Shown: positions 1 to 11,148, counted from the stretch's first letter. The stretch is DNA of 60,781 bases from Clostridia bacterium (GCA_045586445.1 JAZNAJ010000214.1:1-60781); one strand, 5' to 3'. Notes: generated by a model from the letters alone, not told the origin. Numbers and translations: made by a program.

Positions 1-912
1 CGCTTGGCCCTCCGACTTCTTTGCAAGAACCTCCTCTGCTTCTTTTTTGGCATCGGCTTTCTTTTCTTCAATAATATTGCCCTGGTCGTCTTCTTCGAAC
101 TTAACCAAAATGTGGGTAACCGTAACCTTGTCGTCCCCTGCACTCTTCTTTATTTGCTCGGTAATATACGAATCCGGATTTTCGCTTATATCCTGATATA
201 TTTTGCTCAGGTGTGTATTCACTTTTTGCATTTCGTACAGAGTTTCTTCATTGGCATATCCGTTTCTTTTGAGAACCTCGTCAAACTGGTCACCATACTG
301 TGCTTTTTGCTGGGCAACTGTTGCGCGAATTTGCTTTTCTTCATCTTCGGTAACGACAATTCCCCGTTTCTCGCCTTCGCCTATAAGAGCATAAATGGGT
401 GCCACCATATCAAGAGCCATGCCCTTTGAGAGTTCTTTGTAAGAAAGCCCTGTCGTCAGGTCAACCTCTTCCCAGTCAAAGTTGTCAAGATTGCTTATCA
501 TACCACTTTGCATAAATGAATAAACGCAATTAAGCCCTGCTGAATTTGTGGCAAAACTAAAAACATTCTCACTTATGGGAGTTCCGTTAACCACTGCAAC
601 GGCGTTCTTATTTTTGCCGGAAATACTGTCGAAAAGCCCTGCAATCGGATTTTGGTATTTGATATTGTCAGTCTTTATGCTTGACAACATACCCGAATTC
701 TCACTTGTTTCTGCTCCCATATAACCGCCCACAATTGTATTGCTGCCGACGCCTTCGGTATAACAAACCATAATTGCGACAAGTATTACAATTACAGCAG
801 CAATTGCACCCGCAATCAGTCCTTTTTTTCTTTTGTTCTTTCTAAGTATTTCACGAGCCTCAAACTCTGCTATTTGCGAGCTATCATTTTGTACTATATT
901 TTTGTTTTCCAT
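1..912 (-). CDS. PrsA/SurA-like peptidyl-prolyl isomerase, first 304 codons (3' end runs off the window)
   Basis: Absent from the ORF track because no stop is reached. Reverse-strand ATG at 912-910 (MENKNIVQND...) stays open in frame to base 1. It has a basic stretch plus a hydrophobic anchor (GLIAGAIAAVIVILVAIMV). The final residues VTVTHILVKF...KKEAEEVL resemble the start of a parvulin domain. It lies downstream of mfd, as in many Firmicutes. Confidence 0.6.
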   Translation of the reverse strand, partial: MENKNIVQNDSSQIAEFEAREILRKNKRKKGLIAGAIAAVIVILVAIMVCYTEGVGSNTIVGGYMGAETSENSGMLSSIKTDNIKYQNPIAGLFDSISGKNKNAVAVVNGTPISENVFSFATNSAGLNCVYSFMQSGMISNLDNFDWEEVDLTTGLSYKELSKGMALDMVAPIYALIGEGEKRGIVVTEDEEKQIRATVAQQKAQYGDQFDEVLKRNGYANEETLYEMQKVNTHLSKIYQDISENPDSYITEQIKKSAGDDKVTVTHILVKFEEDDQGNIIEEKKADAKKEAEEVLAKKSEGQA

Positions 913-975
913 AGTTATTCCTCATTTCTATTTTATCTTAAGGCATTACACCTATGATAAATTATACAACATCTC

Positions 976-3900
976 TTAAATTTTTTCAATAAATTCTTTT
1001 ATAATATTCAGGTAGTCTGCCGCTGAATTATTTTTTGGAATTTTGTATATAATTTTAGGCTTTTTACCATTTTTAAGGTCAACTCTGCGGTTCATAAAGT
1101 CTTCGCTGACCACCAGACCTGACAAATCAGGTGCGTCATCCGGAGAAAACATAAGAGTAAGCGTCATTTTGTCGCCCTTGACCTCGGTGAACTTCTTTGA
1201 TGCGGCAATCTTGCGGATATGAGAAAGTTCCATCAGATTATTAACCGAATCCGGCACCTCTCCGTATCGGTCCAAAAGCTCATCATAGGTATCCCTTAAA
1301 TCCTCTGCGCTTTCAATTGATGCAATCCGTTTGTATGCGCTTATCCTTTGAGCGTGTGATGATATATATTTTTCAGGGATATATGCACTCACGGGCAAAT
1401 CAATGGTTGCATCGATTTCCTCCGCAGCAGGTATCCCACGCAGCTTTCCTACGGTTTCGGCAAGAAGTCTGCAATACATTTCGTAGCCGACACTCTCCAT
1501 GTGTCCACTTTGTTGCGGGCCTATGACATTCCCCGTTCCACGGATTTCCAGGTCCCTCATGGCAATTTTAAATCCCGAACCGAACTCCGTAAATTCGCGT
1601 ATAGCACGAAGTCTTTTTTGGGCGTCTTCGTTCAGCACTTTATCCCGCCTGTATGTCAGATATGCGTAAGCAAGCCTGTTTGAACGCCCGACCCTGCCCC
1701 TGAGCTGATAAAGCTGAGCAAGACCAAGCTTGTCAGAGTCCTCAATAATAATTGTATTTACATTGGGTATATCAAGACCGGTTTCTATAATAGTTGTGCA
1801 AACCAACACATCAACATCGCCATCGGACATATCCATCATAATATTTTCAAGCTCGCGCTCTGACATTTTGCCGTGTGCGGTTGCAATCCTTGCTTCGGGC
1901 ACCAGTTTTTGGATATTCAGTGCTGTTTTTTCGATTCCCTGAACCCGGTTGTGAAGATAGTATACCTGACCACCCCGCTCCAGTTCCTTGGTGATGGCCT
2001 CGCGGATAATATCTTCGTCATATTCCATCACATAGGTCGCCACGGGAAATCTGTCGCCCGGTGGCTCGGCAATTACACTCATATCACGGATACCTGTCAT
2101 AGACATATGAAGCGTGCGCGGAATGGGCGTTGCCGAAAGTGTAAGTACATCAATTTCTTTTTTGATTTCCTTAATTCTTTCCTTGTGTGCCACTCCGAAG
2201 CGTTGTTCCTCGTCTATAATCAAAAGTCCCAATTTTTTAAATTCAACCGTCTTTTGCAAAATCTTGTGTGTACCTATAACTATATCACATTCACCGTTTT
2301 TCAACTGCTTTACAATATTTTTTTGCTGCGTAGGTGTAGAAAACCTTGAAAGGCAAGCAATATTCACAGGATAATCCTTCATCCTTTGTTTGAAATTATT
2401 GTAGTGCTGATTGGCAAGGATTGTGGTGGGAACAAGATACGCCACCTGATATCCGTCCATAACCGCCTTGAATGCCGCACGCATAGCCACCTCGGTCTTG
2501 CCATATCCAACATCACCGCAAAGAAGTCGTTCCATCGGGTGTGGTTTTTCCATATCTGCCTTCACTTCGCTTATACATCTTAGCTGGTCATCCGTTTCAT
2601 CATAGGGGAACGCCGCTTCAAAATCCCGTTGCCATTCACTGTCCGCTGAGAAGGATATCCCCCTGATAGATTCTCTTTGAGCATACAGTTCCACCAGTTC
2701 TTTTGCCATATCGGCACAGGATTCCCTGACTTTTTGTTTTGCCTTGTTCCAGTCCTGCCCGCCAAGGTTGTTGAGCTTGACTTTGGCACCATCGTTTGAT
2801 GTATGCTTGTATATAAGATTTAACTGGTCAGCAGGCACATACAAAAAGTCCCCACCCTTATATACCAGCTTAAGGTAATCCCTCTGTGCGCCCTCTACCG
2901 TGAGCCTTTGTATGCCAACATACTGTCCCACGCCATGGTTTTGGTGCACCACAAAATCACCCACAGACAAATCTGTGAAGTTGTCAATCTTGTTCTTTTT
3001 GTCAACTTTAAATCGTCTTCGTTTTTTTCTTTCCCCACCAAATATTTCTTTGTCGCTGATAACAACTGTACGGGCAAGCGGATATTCAAAGCCCCTGCCA
3101 AGACCACCTTTTATCACCAATACAGAGCCTTCAGCGGGAAGCTCGTCAAATTTTTCAGCAACTGTACACAAAAAACCCTCGTCCTCAAGCTGCAAAGCCA
3201 GGTTTTGTGTTCTGTGAGTTGAGCCGGCAAGGATGATTATACGATACTTGTTTTTTTGATAAAACTTCAGGGCATCATAGAAAAACTCCATCTTGCCGCC
3301 ATAATTGTTAAGACTTTTTGCCGTCAGATTAACAAGCTTTTTGGGCTTTAGTTCCCCGTTTATGTGGGAAAGGGGACACAAATTCACCGCACCCATTGTA
3401 CTTATCGTTTTTGCCGCATCGGAAAATTCAAGAGAAAACTGTGGCTTTCCGCCTGAGATTATACCTCTTTCCAACAAATCCTTAAATGCCACTTTTCTTT
3501 GCTCGGTTTCGCTTTTTACACTCTCATATATTCTTGACGGGTCATCAACAAAAGCAATATAATCTTCGCCAAGGTAATCAAGTATGGTATAAATCTTATC
3601 CCGATAAATTTCAGGAATATATTTATCTCTTGACGGAAATACAATTCTTTGCTCAAATCTTTCAATATCCTTTTTAAGGATTTCTATACATTTTTGTCTG
3701 CCTGCACTGCCATCGTTTTTGCCCTCTGCAGTTTTGAGCCGCTTTTTAAGAGCTTTCAAAACTTCGTCAATAGTTTCATCATCACAAATGATTTCGTCTG
3801 CAGGGGTAATTCGTGCCGTCCATGCCTCATCCGTGTCAGCCACGGTTCTTTGGGTTTCGGGATAGAACCGTCTTATTGAATCTATCTCGGTATCAAAAAA

Positions 3901-4491
3901 CTCCACGCGAAATGGCAACTCGCTCCAAAACGGAAAGAAATCAAAAATTCCGCCACGGATACTGAACTGACCCTGCCCCTCAACCATATCCTCGCGGTGG
4001 TATCCAAATTCCACCATCAAACGGCTCAATTCTTCAAGTTCAAACTGGTCGCCCACCTCTAAAGTCAATGCCTTGTCCTTATAAACCGAACTTGGAACGG
4101 TAGCACTGATCATTGCTGAAACAGTTGTTACAATCCCATATTCACCGGGGTTTGTAACAAGCCTGTCAAGAACCTCGAGCCTTTTTTTCTTTATATCCGT
4201 TGCTGTCGCCTCGATATCATAAAAAAGCAGGTCGCGATTTGGAAAAAGCAAAATCTTACCTTCGAAAAAGTAGTTCAGGTCATCATAGATTTCCCGCGCC
4301 TGAGCCTCGGTTGATGTGATAAAAATCGGGCACTTGCCTCGTTTTTTGCATACAGAAAACGCAAGGTGTGTCCTGACTGAATCCGACACACCCATAACAC
4401 TTACAGGGGACTCTCCTTTAAGGATGCCTCCTGTTATCTCTTCAAATTCTGCAAGATTGTTACAAATCTTCAAAAAACCGTTCATTTGCAA
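976..4491 (-). CDS. mfd: transcription-repair coupling factor Mfd
   Basis: 1171 aa. CarD/RNAP-interaction motif FVVHQNHGVGQY, helicase Walker A GDVGYGKTEVA, DEEQRFG box, QLRGRVGRS motif VI and a C-terminal TRCF domain. TAA stop. Confidence 0.95.
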   Translation of the reverse strand: MQMNGFLKICNNLAEFEEITGGILKGESPVSVMGVSDSVRTHLAFSVCKKRGKCPIFITSTEAQAREIYDDLNYFFEGKILLFPNRDLLFYDIEATATDIKKKRLEVLDRLVTNPGEYGIVTTVSAMISATVPSSVYKDKALTLEVGDQFELEELSRLMVEFGYHREDMVEGQGQFSIRGGIFDFFPFWSELPFRVEFFDTEIDSIRRFYPETQRTVADTDEAWTARITPADEIICDDETIDEVLKALKKRLKTAEGKNDGSAGRQKCIEILKKDIERFEQRIVFPSRDKYIPEIYRDKIYTILDYLGEDYIAFVDDPSRIYESVKSETEQRKVAFKDLLERGIISGGKPQFSLEFSDAAKTISTMGAVNLCPLSHINGELKPKKLVNLTAKSLNNYGGKMEFFYDALKFYQKNKYRIIILAGSTHRTQNLALQLEDEGFLCTVAEKFDELPAEGSVLVIKGGLGRGFEYPLARTVVISDKEIFGGERKKRRRFKVDKKNKIDNFTDLSVGDFVVHQNHGVGQYVGIQRLTVEGAQRDYLKLVYKGGDFLYVPADQLNLIYKHTSNDGAKVKLNNLGGQDWNKAKQKVRESCADMAKELVELYAQRESIRGISFSADSEWQRDFEAAFPYDETDDQLRCISEVKADMEKPHPMERLLCGDVGYGKTEVAMRAAFKAVMDGYQVAYLVPTTILANQHYNNFKQRMKDYPVNIACLSRFSTPTQQKNIVKQLKNGECDIVIGTHKILQKTVEFKKLGLLIIDEEQRFGVAHKERIKEIKKEIDVLTLSATPIPRTLHMSMTGIRDMSVIAEPPGDRFPVATYVMEYDEDIIREAITKELERGGQVYYLHNRVQGIEKTALNIQKLVPEARIATAHGKMSERELENIMMDMSDGDVDVLVCTTIIETGLDIPNVNTIIIEDSDKLGLAQLYQLRGRVGRSNRLAYAYLTYRRDKVLNEDAQKRLRAIREFTEFGSGFKIAMRDLEIRGTGNVIGPQQSGHMESVGYEMYCRLLAETVGKLRGIPAAEEIDATIDLPVSAYIPEKYISSHAQRISAYKRIASIESAEDLRDTYDELLDRYGEVPDSVNNLMELSHIRKIAASKKFTEVKGDKMTLTLMFSPDDAPDLSGLVVSEDFMNRRVDLKNGKKPKIIYKIPKNNSAADYLNIIKEFIEKI

Positions 4492-4509
4492 GACCTTTCT
4501 GTGAAAAAT

Positions 4510-5070
4510 CTAATTAAACACCGACATCGCCTTTTGTACACCGTTTTTTATAATTTCGCCCACGGCATCTGCCGCCTTTATTGCTGTTGGAATAAGCGTT
4601 TCCACCTCGGTTTTGGTAAATTTGCCAAGCACATAATCCCCCAGGTCATAGTCGGGGTTTTCGGGACTTCCCACGCCTATTTTTATTCTTGGAAATTCAT
4701 CAGTGGCAAGCTGGTATATTATGCTTTTCATTCCGTTGTGCCCGCCTGCACTGCCCTTCGGGCGGATACGCATCTTGCCCACCGGCAACGAAACATCGTC
4801 ATATATTATTATTATTTGCGAATTGTCAACCTTATACCATTGTTTGAAATCTCTTACGGATTCTCCGCTTAAATTCATAAATGTCTGTGGCTTTATCAAG
4901 ACCACCTTTTCGCCCTCAATGGTACCCTCGCCATAGAGCGCATTGAATTTTGCTTTCTTGATTTCAATTTTGTACTTTGCCGCAACCGCATCAATGGCTT
5001 CAAAACCCATATTGTGTCTTGTCCCCACATACTTTCGTCCCGGGTTGCCAAGCCCTGCAATTATATACAT
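4510..5070 (-). CDS. pth: peptidyl-tRNA hydrolase
   Basis: MYIIAGLGNPGRKYVGTRHNMGF... is a typical Pth N-terminus. The start is moved to the ATG at 5070, preceded by GGAGAA. The longer track ORF (to 5238) would overlap potD. Confidence 0.9.
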   Translation of the reverse strand: MYIIAGLGNPGRKYVGTRHNMGFEAIDAVAAKYKIEIKKAKFNALYGEGTIEGEKVVLIKPQTFMNLSGESVRDFKQWYKVDNSQIIIIYDDVSLPVGKMRIRPKGSAGGHNGMKSIIYQLATDEFPRIKIGVGSPENPDYDLGDYVLGKFTKTEVETLIPTAIKAADAVGEIIKNGVQKAMSVFN

Positions 5071-5092
5071 ATTACATTCTCCGTTATTTAAA

Positions 5093-6133
5093 TTACTGCG
5101 ACTTAACCTTTGTCCAAAGCTCTGCACAGTACTTTTTAGTTTCTGCATCCTGATATCTGAAAAACTCGTCTTTTTTGCCGTTTTGTCTTGGAATATATGC
5201 TGAGTTTTCGGCATAGGTTGTGGTTTTGAGTTCCTCAAATACCGATTTTACAGGCGAAGTATATCCTACCATCTCGGAATTACGCAAAGCGTTTTCGGGA
5301 TTTATCATAAAGTCAATAAACTTGTGAGCCAAATCTGCATTTTGCGAATCCTTCATAATAACCATACCGTCAATCCACACATTTGTTCCCATATCAGGTT
5401 CCAAAAAGCTGAGGTTCTGGTTCTCGGACATAATGTATGCTGCATCACCTGAATATACAATTGCCATGGACTTATTGCCGGAAATCATACTATCAATAAC
5501 CTCGTCGCCTACATACACAGGATTCATTATTTCATTCTGCTCGACCAACCAATTGTATGCCTCGTCAAGCTGAGCCTTGTCATCAGTATTAAGTGAATAG
5601 CCAAGTGCCTTGAGTGCAATCATAAAGGAGTCGCGCTCTGAATCATACATATAGATATCCCCGGCATACTTGGGGTTGCGAAGCACTTCCCAGCCTGCTG
5701 CAAGGTCTTCCTCGCTGACCTTTGTATGGTCGTATAATATCCCCACCGAGCCCCAGAAGTAAGGCACCGAATGCTTATTCTCCTCGTCAAAGGGTTGCGA
5801 AAGCAATGTTTCAATAATCGCATCATAATTACTTAGCTTGCTTTTGTCAATTTCCTGCAGAAAGCCTTCCTTGGTAAGTCTTTCAATCATATAATCAGAG
5901 GGTACTATAATGTCATATTTTTCACCGCTCATAACCTTGGTATACATTGATTCATTTGAGTCAAAGGTTTCATAAACAACCTTGCACGCATATTCGTTTT
6001 CAAAATCCGAAATAAGTGCCGTATCAATATATTCACCTGCATTATATACTTTGAGTACGGTTTTTGCCTCACCGCATCCAAAAAGCATAAGTGCTGCCGC
6101 CACACATATTAAAACGCTGAATACTTTTTTCAT
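5093..6133 (-). CDS. potD: spermidine/putrescine ABC transporter substrate-binding lipoprotein
   Basis: 346 aa with signal peptide and lipobox (LMLFGCGE). PotD-like fold signature. Last gene of the potABCD order. Confidence 0.85.
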   Translation of the reverse strand: MKKVFSVLICVAAALMLFGCGEAKTVLKVYNAGEYIDTALISDFENEYACKVVYETFDSNESMYTKVMSGEKYDIIVPSDYMIERLTKEGFLQEIDKSKLSNYDAIIETLLSQPFDEENKHSVPYFWGSVGILYDHTKVSEEDLAAGWEVLRNPKYAGDIYMYDSERDSFMIALKALGYSLNTDDKAQLDEAYNWLVEQNEIMNPVYVGDEVIDSMISGNKSMAIVYSGDAAYIMSENQNLSFLEPDMGTNVWIDGMVIMKDSQNADLAHKFIDFMINPENALRNSEMVGYTSPVKSVFEELKTTTYAENSAYIPRQNGKKDEFFRYQDAETKKYCAELWTKVKSQ

Positions 6134-6921
6134 TTTGATAAAACCCTCTTTCTTTTGAATTTTGGTATAACATTCACCACAATTACTGCTACGAATATAA
6201 CCGATATAACTATGGTTGACAATGCGTTTATTGTGGGATTTGTCCTTTTTGTCATATTGTAAACAATCATTGAGATATTCATAACACCATTGCCGCTTAC
6301 GAAGTATGATATTACAAAGTCATCAAATGACATTGTAAATGCCAGAAGCATCCCCGCCGTAATCCCCGGCTTTATCATGGGAACAATTACCTTTATAAGC
6401 GCCTGCCACGGTGTTGCACCCAGGTCCATTGCCGCATTGGCGATATTCACATCAAGGCTGCGTACTTTGGGGTAAACACTTGTGATTACATACGGAGTAC
6501 AAAAGGAAATATGTGCAAGCAGCATGGTCAAATAACCTTTTTCAATCCTCATTGCCGAAAAAAGCAGCATCAACCCGATTGCCGTAACAATTTCGGGGTT
6601 CATAATGGGAATATTGTTTATATTTGTAACCCATTCCTTAAGGATTTTGCGGCTTTTTGACAAACCTATTGCAGTAATGGTACCCAGTACTGTCGAAATT
6701 GCGGTTGCAATCATCGCCACACTAACCGAAACCCATACCGCCGACATTATCTCGGAGTTGTTTATCAGTTGGGTGTACCATCTGAAAGAAAAACCCGTAA
6801 ACTTGGTCAATGATTTTGACGAGTTAAAGGAAAATATCATTGTAACAAAAATTGGAGTATAGAAAAACGCAAAACACAAAAGAACATATAGTCCCTTTGA
6901 AAGTTTAGCCAGTCTCTTCAT
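6130..6921 (-). CDS. potC: spermidine/putrescine ABC transporter permease
   Basis: 263 aa polytopic membrane protein, BPD-type permease. Overlaps the potD start by 4 nt. Confidence 0.85.
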   Translation of the reverse strand: MKRLAKLSKGLYVLLCFAFFYTPIFVTMIFSFNSSKSLTKFTGFSFRWYTQLINNSEIMSAVWVSVSVAMIATAISTVLGTITAIGLSKSRKILKEWVTNINNIPIMNPEIVTAIGLMLLFSAMRIEKGYLTMLLAHISFCTPYVITSVYPKVRSLDVNIANAAMDLGATPWQALIKVIVPMIKPGITAGMLLAFTMSFDDFVISYFVSGNGVMNISMIVYNMTKRTNPTINALSTIVISVIFVAVIVVNVIPKFKRKRVLSK

Positions 6922-6948
6922 TTGTCAATCCCTCCTCAAATTGTTGTG

Positions 6949-7767
6949 TTAGTTTTCACCTGTATCAATCTTCTTCATCCACTTTATAGCAAGCAGTATT
7001 ATTGCCGCAAGAACTATAGAAATTGCACTACCGAAGTTCCAATCGCCTACCGAAACAAACTGATTTTCAATCAGGTTGCCCATCAGAACATACTGCCCAC
7101 CGCCCAACAGTTTTGGGATAACGAAGGTGGATATGGACAATAAAAATACCATGATTACACCATTTAATACACCAGGCACAGATAACTTGAATACAACCCT
7201 GAAAAATGTTTGAATCGGGTTTGCACCCAAGTCATAAGCTGCCTCCACATAAGATTTATCCATTTTGCTGAGTGAGGTATGTATTGGGATTATCATAAAC
7301 GGCAAAAAGTCGCAAATTTGTCCTACCATAACGGCAAAATCGGTATACATCATCTTAAGCGGAGCAATCCCCAGCTTTGCAAAAAACGCATTAAGAAGTC
7401 CGTTGTCAGATAGTATGCTTATCCAGGCATAGGTGCGAAGCAGCATATTTATCCACATAGGCACCGTAACCAAAAGTATCAACACGCCTTGCGTACTTTC
7501 CTTAAACTGAGCAATTATATAAGCCAACGCATAACCAAGCACCAGGCATATTACAACTGTAACAATACCCAGCTTGATGGATTTTGCAAATACACTCAAA
7601 TAAACGGGCTCAGTAAATCTTTTAAAGTTTTGCAGGGTGAACTGTATGTTCACCAGCGAGTTGCCACTGTTTGTAACAGCATATAAAAGCATCATAAAAA
7701 GCGGAATTACTATCATGATTGCAGACCATACAATATATGGTCTGACCAGGTTTTTAAAATATCTCAC
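6949..7767 (-). CDS. potB: spermidine/putrescine ABC transporter permease
   Basis: 272 aa polytopic permease lying between potA and potC. Confidence 0.85.
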   Translation of the reverse strand: MRYFKNLVRPYIVWSAIMIVIPLFMMLLYAVTNSGNSLVNIQFTLQNFKRFTEPVYLSVFAKSIKLGIVTVVICLVLGYALAYIIAQFKESTQGVLILLVTVPMWINMLLRTYAWISILSDNGLLNAFFAKLGIAPLKMMYTDFAVMVGQICDFLPFMIIPIHTSLSKMDKSYVEAAYDLGANPIQTFFRVVFKLSVPGVLNGVIMVFLLSISTFVIPKLLGGGQYVLMGNLIENQFVSVGDWNFGSAISIVLAAIILLAIKWMKKIDTGEN

Positions 7768-7800
7768 TATACCGCTCCTTTCTGCAGTTTCTTGTCAAAA

Positions 7801-8850
7801 TTAAACCATCTTCCACATTACATGGATATCCTCAGGACCAAATATAAGGCCTACCTCCAGACCCACATCAAAGTAGTCGGTTGTATGTATCATATAACTT
7901 CTGATCTCCGTCCTGACCATAATCTCATAATGTACGCCCTTGAACACAACGCTTTCAACTGTGCCGACAATCTTTGCGTTTTCGGGCTTCACAATATCAA
8001 TATCCTCAGGGCGAAGTACAACTTCAACGCCCTCGTTCTCTTTAAAGCCCTTGTCAACACATTCAAATTCAAAGCCATCAAATTCAACAAGGCAATCACG
8101 AAGCATAACCCCTTCGATTATATTGGATTCACCAATAAAGCTTGCAACAAAGCGATTTTCGGGCTCGTTATACACATCTGTCGGAGTGCCGATTTGCTGG
8201 ATGTAGCCGTCGTTCATAACAACCACCGTATCCGACATAGAAAGAGCTTCCTCCTGGTCGTGAGTTACATAAATAAAAGTAATTCCAACCTCTTTTTGAA
8301 TTTTTTTAAGTTCTGTCTGCATTTCCTTGCGGAGCTTTGCATCAAGTGCGCCCAACGGCTCGTCCAGAAGAAGGACCTTAGGCTCGTTTATAAGAGCACG
8401 AGCAATGGCAACACGCTGTTGCTGACCGCCCGAAAGGGACAAAACATCTCTCTTTTCAAAACCGCTGAGCCCAACAAGCTCTAACATTTTTTTAACCTTT
8501 TGAGCAACCACCGTCTTCTCGGTCTTTTTTATGTTAAGACCAAATGCAATATTTTCTGCCACATTAAGATGCGGGAAAAGTGCATACTTCTGAAAAACCG
8601 TATTGACCTCGCGCTTGTATGGCGGAAGGGTTGAAATCTCGATTCCGTCGAACAAAATCTCGCCCGTATCAGGCTCGTCAAAGCCGGCAATAATACGGAG
8701 TGTAGTGGTCTTTCCACAACCCGATGGGCCAAGGAGTGTCAAAAACTCATTTTCGTAAATTTTAAGGTTAATACCCTTTAAAACCTGCTGGTCATCAAAG
8801 GTCTTTGTCATATTTTTAAGTTCTATAATAGTATTCATAAGTTTCTCCAA
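7801..8850 (-). CDS. potA: spermidine/putrescine ABC transporter ATPase
   Basis: Walker [13 protein letters not shown] signature LSGGQQQR, Walker B LLLDEP and a C-terminal TOBE-like domain. Confidence 0.9.
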   Translation of the reverse strand: MEKLMNTIIELKNMTKTFDDQQVLKGINLKIYENEFLTLLGPSGCGKTTTLRIIAGFDEPDTGEILFDGIEISTLPPYKREVNTVFQKYALFPHLNVAENIAFGLNIKKTEKTVVAQKVKKMLELVGLSGFEKRDVLSLSGGQQQRVAIARALINEPKVLLLDEPLGALDAKLRKEMQTELKKIQKEVGITFIYVTHDQEEALSMSDTVVVMNDGYIQQIGTPTDVYNEPENRFVASFIGESNIIEGVMLRDCLVEFDGFEFECVDKGFKENEGVEVVLRPEDIDIVKPENAKIVGTVESVVFKGVHYEIMVRTEIRSYMIHTTDYFDVGLEVGLIFGPEDIHVMWKMV

Positions 8851-8888
8851 TCCCTTCCATCTTAAAAGATTGCAAAATACACAAGTGT

Positions 8889-8917
8889 ATTATACATAAT
8901 ATTCGCTATTTAATCAA
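8889..8917 (-). promoter_or_regulatory. candidate sigma-A promoter of potABCD
   Basis: Reverse strand reads TTGATT-17 nt-TATAAT about 40 nt upstream of the potA start. Confidence 0.45.
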
Positions 8918-9034
8918 GTATTTTTGCAAAATTAGCCCATAAAACTTCTATCAGTGGCGGGATTTTCAGCACAGTTCCCCACGCCGCACATTAAAAATAT
9001 ACAATGTGCGACAAAACATTTGCGTTTAAAACAC

Positions 9035-9063
9035 TTGACCGCAGACAAAAAATATTGTATTAT
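9035..9063 (+). promoter_or_regulatory. candidate sigma-A promoter of asp23-yloV-recG
   Basis: TTGACC (9035-9040), 17-nt spacer, TATTAT (9058-9063). Confidence 0.45.
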
Positions 9064-9132
9064 ATAGTATGTGGTAAACTATACTAATAATGGAAAGACC
9101 TAATTTAATATAACTCAACGGGAGGAAAAACC

Positions 9133-9489
9133 ATGAGTGCAGAAATCAAAAATGAACGAGGCGTTATCAGCATATCAAATACCGTGATTGCAAATCTTGC
9201 CGGATACACCGCGACCCAATGCTACGGTGTTGTGGGTATGTGCTCAAAAACCGGTAAAGACGGTATTGCAAGCCTGTTAAAAAAGGAAAATATGGACAAG
9301 GGCATAAAGGTAAAAACCGATAACGGCATTATCGAAATCGCCCTTTATATTGTTGTTGAATATGGCCTTAATATTGAAACAATTGGCGAGACAATCCGCA
9401 GCAGCGTTAAATACAATGTAGAAAAAATTACAGGCATGGAAGTTGCAAGCGTGCGCGTCAATGTTGAAAGCATTCGTGTAGAGCATTAA
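9133..9489 (+). CDS. Asp23/Gls24 family alkaline-shock protein (YloU-like)
   Basis: 118 aa. ISNTVIANLAGYTATQCYGVVGM is typical Asp23. GGGAGG RBS. Conserved pairing with the DAK2 protein. Confidence 0.85.
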   Translation: MSAEIKNERGVISISNTVIANLAGYTATQCYGVVGMCSKTGKDGIASLLKKENMDKGIKVKTDNGIIEIALYIVVEYGLNIETIGETIRSSVKYNVEKITGMEVASVRVNVESIRVEH

Positions 9490-9516
9490 TCTTTTTTCTG
9501 AATGGAGATTCGCAGA

Positions 9517-11148
9517 ATGAATAACATAGATAATTTAGTGCTGCAATTGATGATTAAATCTGCTGCGGCTAATCTTAAGAACAACCGCAAAGCGGTTGAC
9601 GATTTGAATGTATTCCCCGTTCCTGATGGTGATACGGGGACAAATATGAGTCTTACTTTCAGCGGTGCGACAGATATGGTTTTTCAAGATGAATATACCC
9701 ATGCAGGCAAGTTGCTTTCTGCTCTCGCCTCTGCTTCACTCCGCAACGCAAGGGGTAACTCGGGTGTTATCCTGTCGCAGATTATAAGAGGCTTCTCAAA
9801 AGCCCTTGAGGGCAAAGAACAACTTTCTGTTATGGATATCAAAGATGGTTTTGTTTCTGCCAAGGCGACTGCTTATCGTGCGGTTATGAAACCTACCGAG
9901 GGTACTATACTGACAGTAATCCGCGAAATGTCTGAGTTTGCAACCGAAAACTGCGACAATTATGAAAACTGCATGGAATTTTTATCAGCAATAGTGGATT
10001 CAGGAAACAAAAGCCTTGAAAATACCCCCAATCTTTTGCCGGCTCTTAAAAAAGCTGGCGTTGTGGATGCCGGTGGCAAAGGGCTTATGCTTTTGGTCGA
10101 GGGGGCTTGCCACGCACTTAAAACAGGCGAGGCTATCGCTCCGGTTGACAAGACCTCTACTGTTTCTGCAGTCAAGCTTAACTCCGGCGATGCTGATATA
10201 AAGTTCCTCTACTGCACGGAATTTATTATAAACAAGAAGGAAAATCGCAATATTTCACAGTTCCGCACCGCGATTTCAGACAAAGGTGATTGTATGCTGG
10301 TAATTGACGATGACGAAATCGTGAAGGTTCACATTCACACCAATCATCCCGGCTTTGTTCTTGAGCAAGCCGTTAAACTGGGCGAGCTTACCAACCTTAA
10401 AATTGACAACATGAAGTATCAGCATAACGAAAGAACAGATGAAGCACCTTCTGTTGATGAAGATTCTGCCCAAAACTCTGTTGCCCCAACAAAGAAATAC
10501 GGTTTTGCGGTTGTTTCTGCAGGGGAAGGCTTGTCAGAGGTTTTCCGTTCCCTTGGTGCTGATGAAATTATCGAGGGCGGACAAACTATGAACCCAAGCA
10601 CACAGGATTTGCTCTCCGCTGTTGAAAAAATACCTGCAGAAATTGTGTATATTCTGCCTAACAACAAAAATATAATCCTCGCTGCCGACCAGGTTGATGC
10701 ACTTACCGAAAAAACCGTTTTGGTGGTACCCACAGTGAATATCCCCGAGGGGATTTCGGCAATGACCGCTTTTGACGAAGGTCAAAGCGAGGACGCAAAC
10801 CTTGAAGCAATGAAAGAGTTTGCTTCGTATGTAAAATGCGGACAGGTAACCTTTGCCGCTCGTGATACCAATCTTGACGGTATGGAAATCAAAATGGGCG
10901 ATTGCCTTGCTGTGTTTGGCAAAGAAATTTCGGCAGTTACTGCAACCCCTGAAGAATCCGTCCTTGCCCTTTGCGAAAAAATGGTGGATGATGAATCCGG
11001 TGTAATTACGCTTTATTATGGCGAAGATATCCCCGAAGAAACTGCAAACGGGCTTGGGGAAAAACTTGAAGGGAAGTACCCTGACCTTGATGTATCTGTT
11101 GTTTGCGGCAGCCAGCCGGTTTACTTTTACATCATTTCTGTTGAATAA
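9517..11148 (+). CDS. DAK2 domain fusion protein (YloV-like)
   Basis: N-terminal motif LNVFPVPDGDTGTNM and a C-terminal DegV-like half. The start is placed at the second ATG (9517), which has a GGAG 8 nt upstream; the track ORF starts at 9502. Confidence 0.85.
   Translation: MNNIDNLVLQLMIKSAAANLKNNRKAVDDLNVFPVPDGDTGTNMSLTFSGATDMVFQDEYTHAGKLLSALASASLRNARGNSGVILSQIIRGFSKALEGKEQLSVMDIKDGFVSAKATAYRAVMKPTEGTILTVIREMSEFATENCDNYENCMEFLSAIVDSGNKSLENTPNLLPALKKAGVVDAGGKGLMLLVEGACHALKTGEAIAPVDKTSTVSAVKLNSGDADIKFLYCTEFIINKKENRNISQFRTAISDKGDCMLVIDDDEIVKVHIHTNHPGFVLEQAVKLGELTNLKIDNMKYQHNERTDEAPSVDEDSAQNSVAPTKKYGFAVVSAGEGLSEVFRSLGADEIIEGGQTMNPSTQDLLSAVEKIPAEIVYILPNNKNIILAADQVDALTEKTVLVVPTVNIPEGISAMTAFDEGQSEDANLEAMKEFASYVKCGQVTFAARDTNLDGMEIKMGDCLAVFGKEISAVTATPEESVLALCEKMVDDESGVITLYYGEDIPEETANGLGEKLEGKYPDLDVSVVCGSQPVYFYIISVE

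Noticed and set aside
4-429. 141-aa and 63-aa plus-strand ORFs at the window start
   Set aside because: They are low-complexity, Phe/Leu-rich translations lying antisense to a much better open frame, the PrsA-like protein on the minus strand. They have no RBS.
4510-5238. Long (242-aa) version of the pth ORF
   Set aside because: The first 56 codons overlap the 3' end of potD and look non-protein-like. A canonical Pth N-terminus with an RBS starts at 5070.
7792-8484. 230-aa plus-strand ORF
   Set aside because: It is fully antisense to potA, has no recognisable motifs, and is typical of a shadow ORF.
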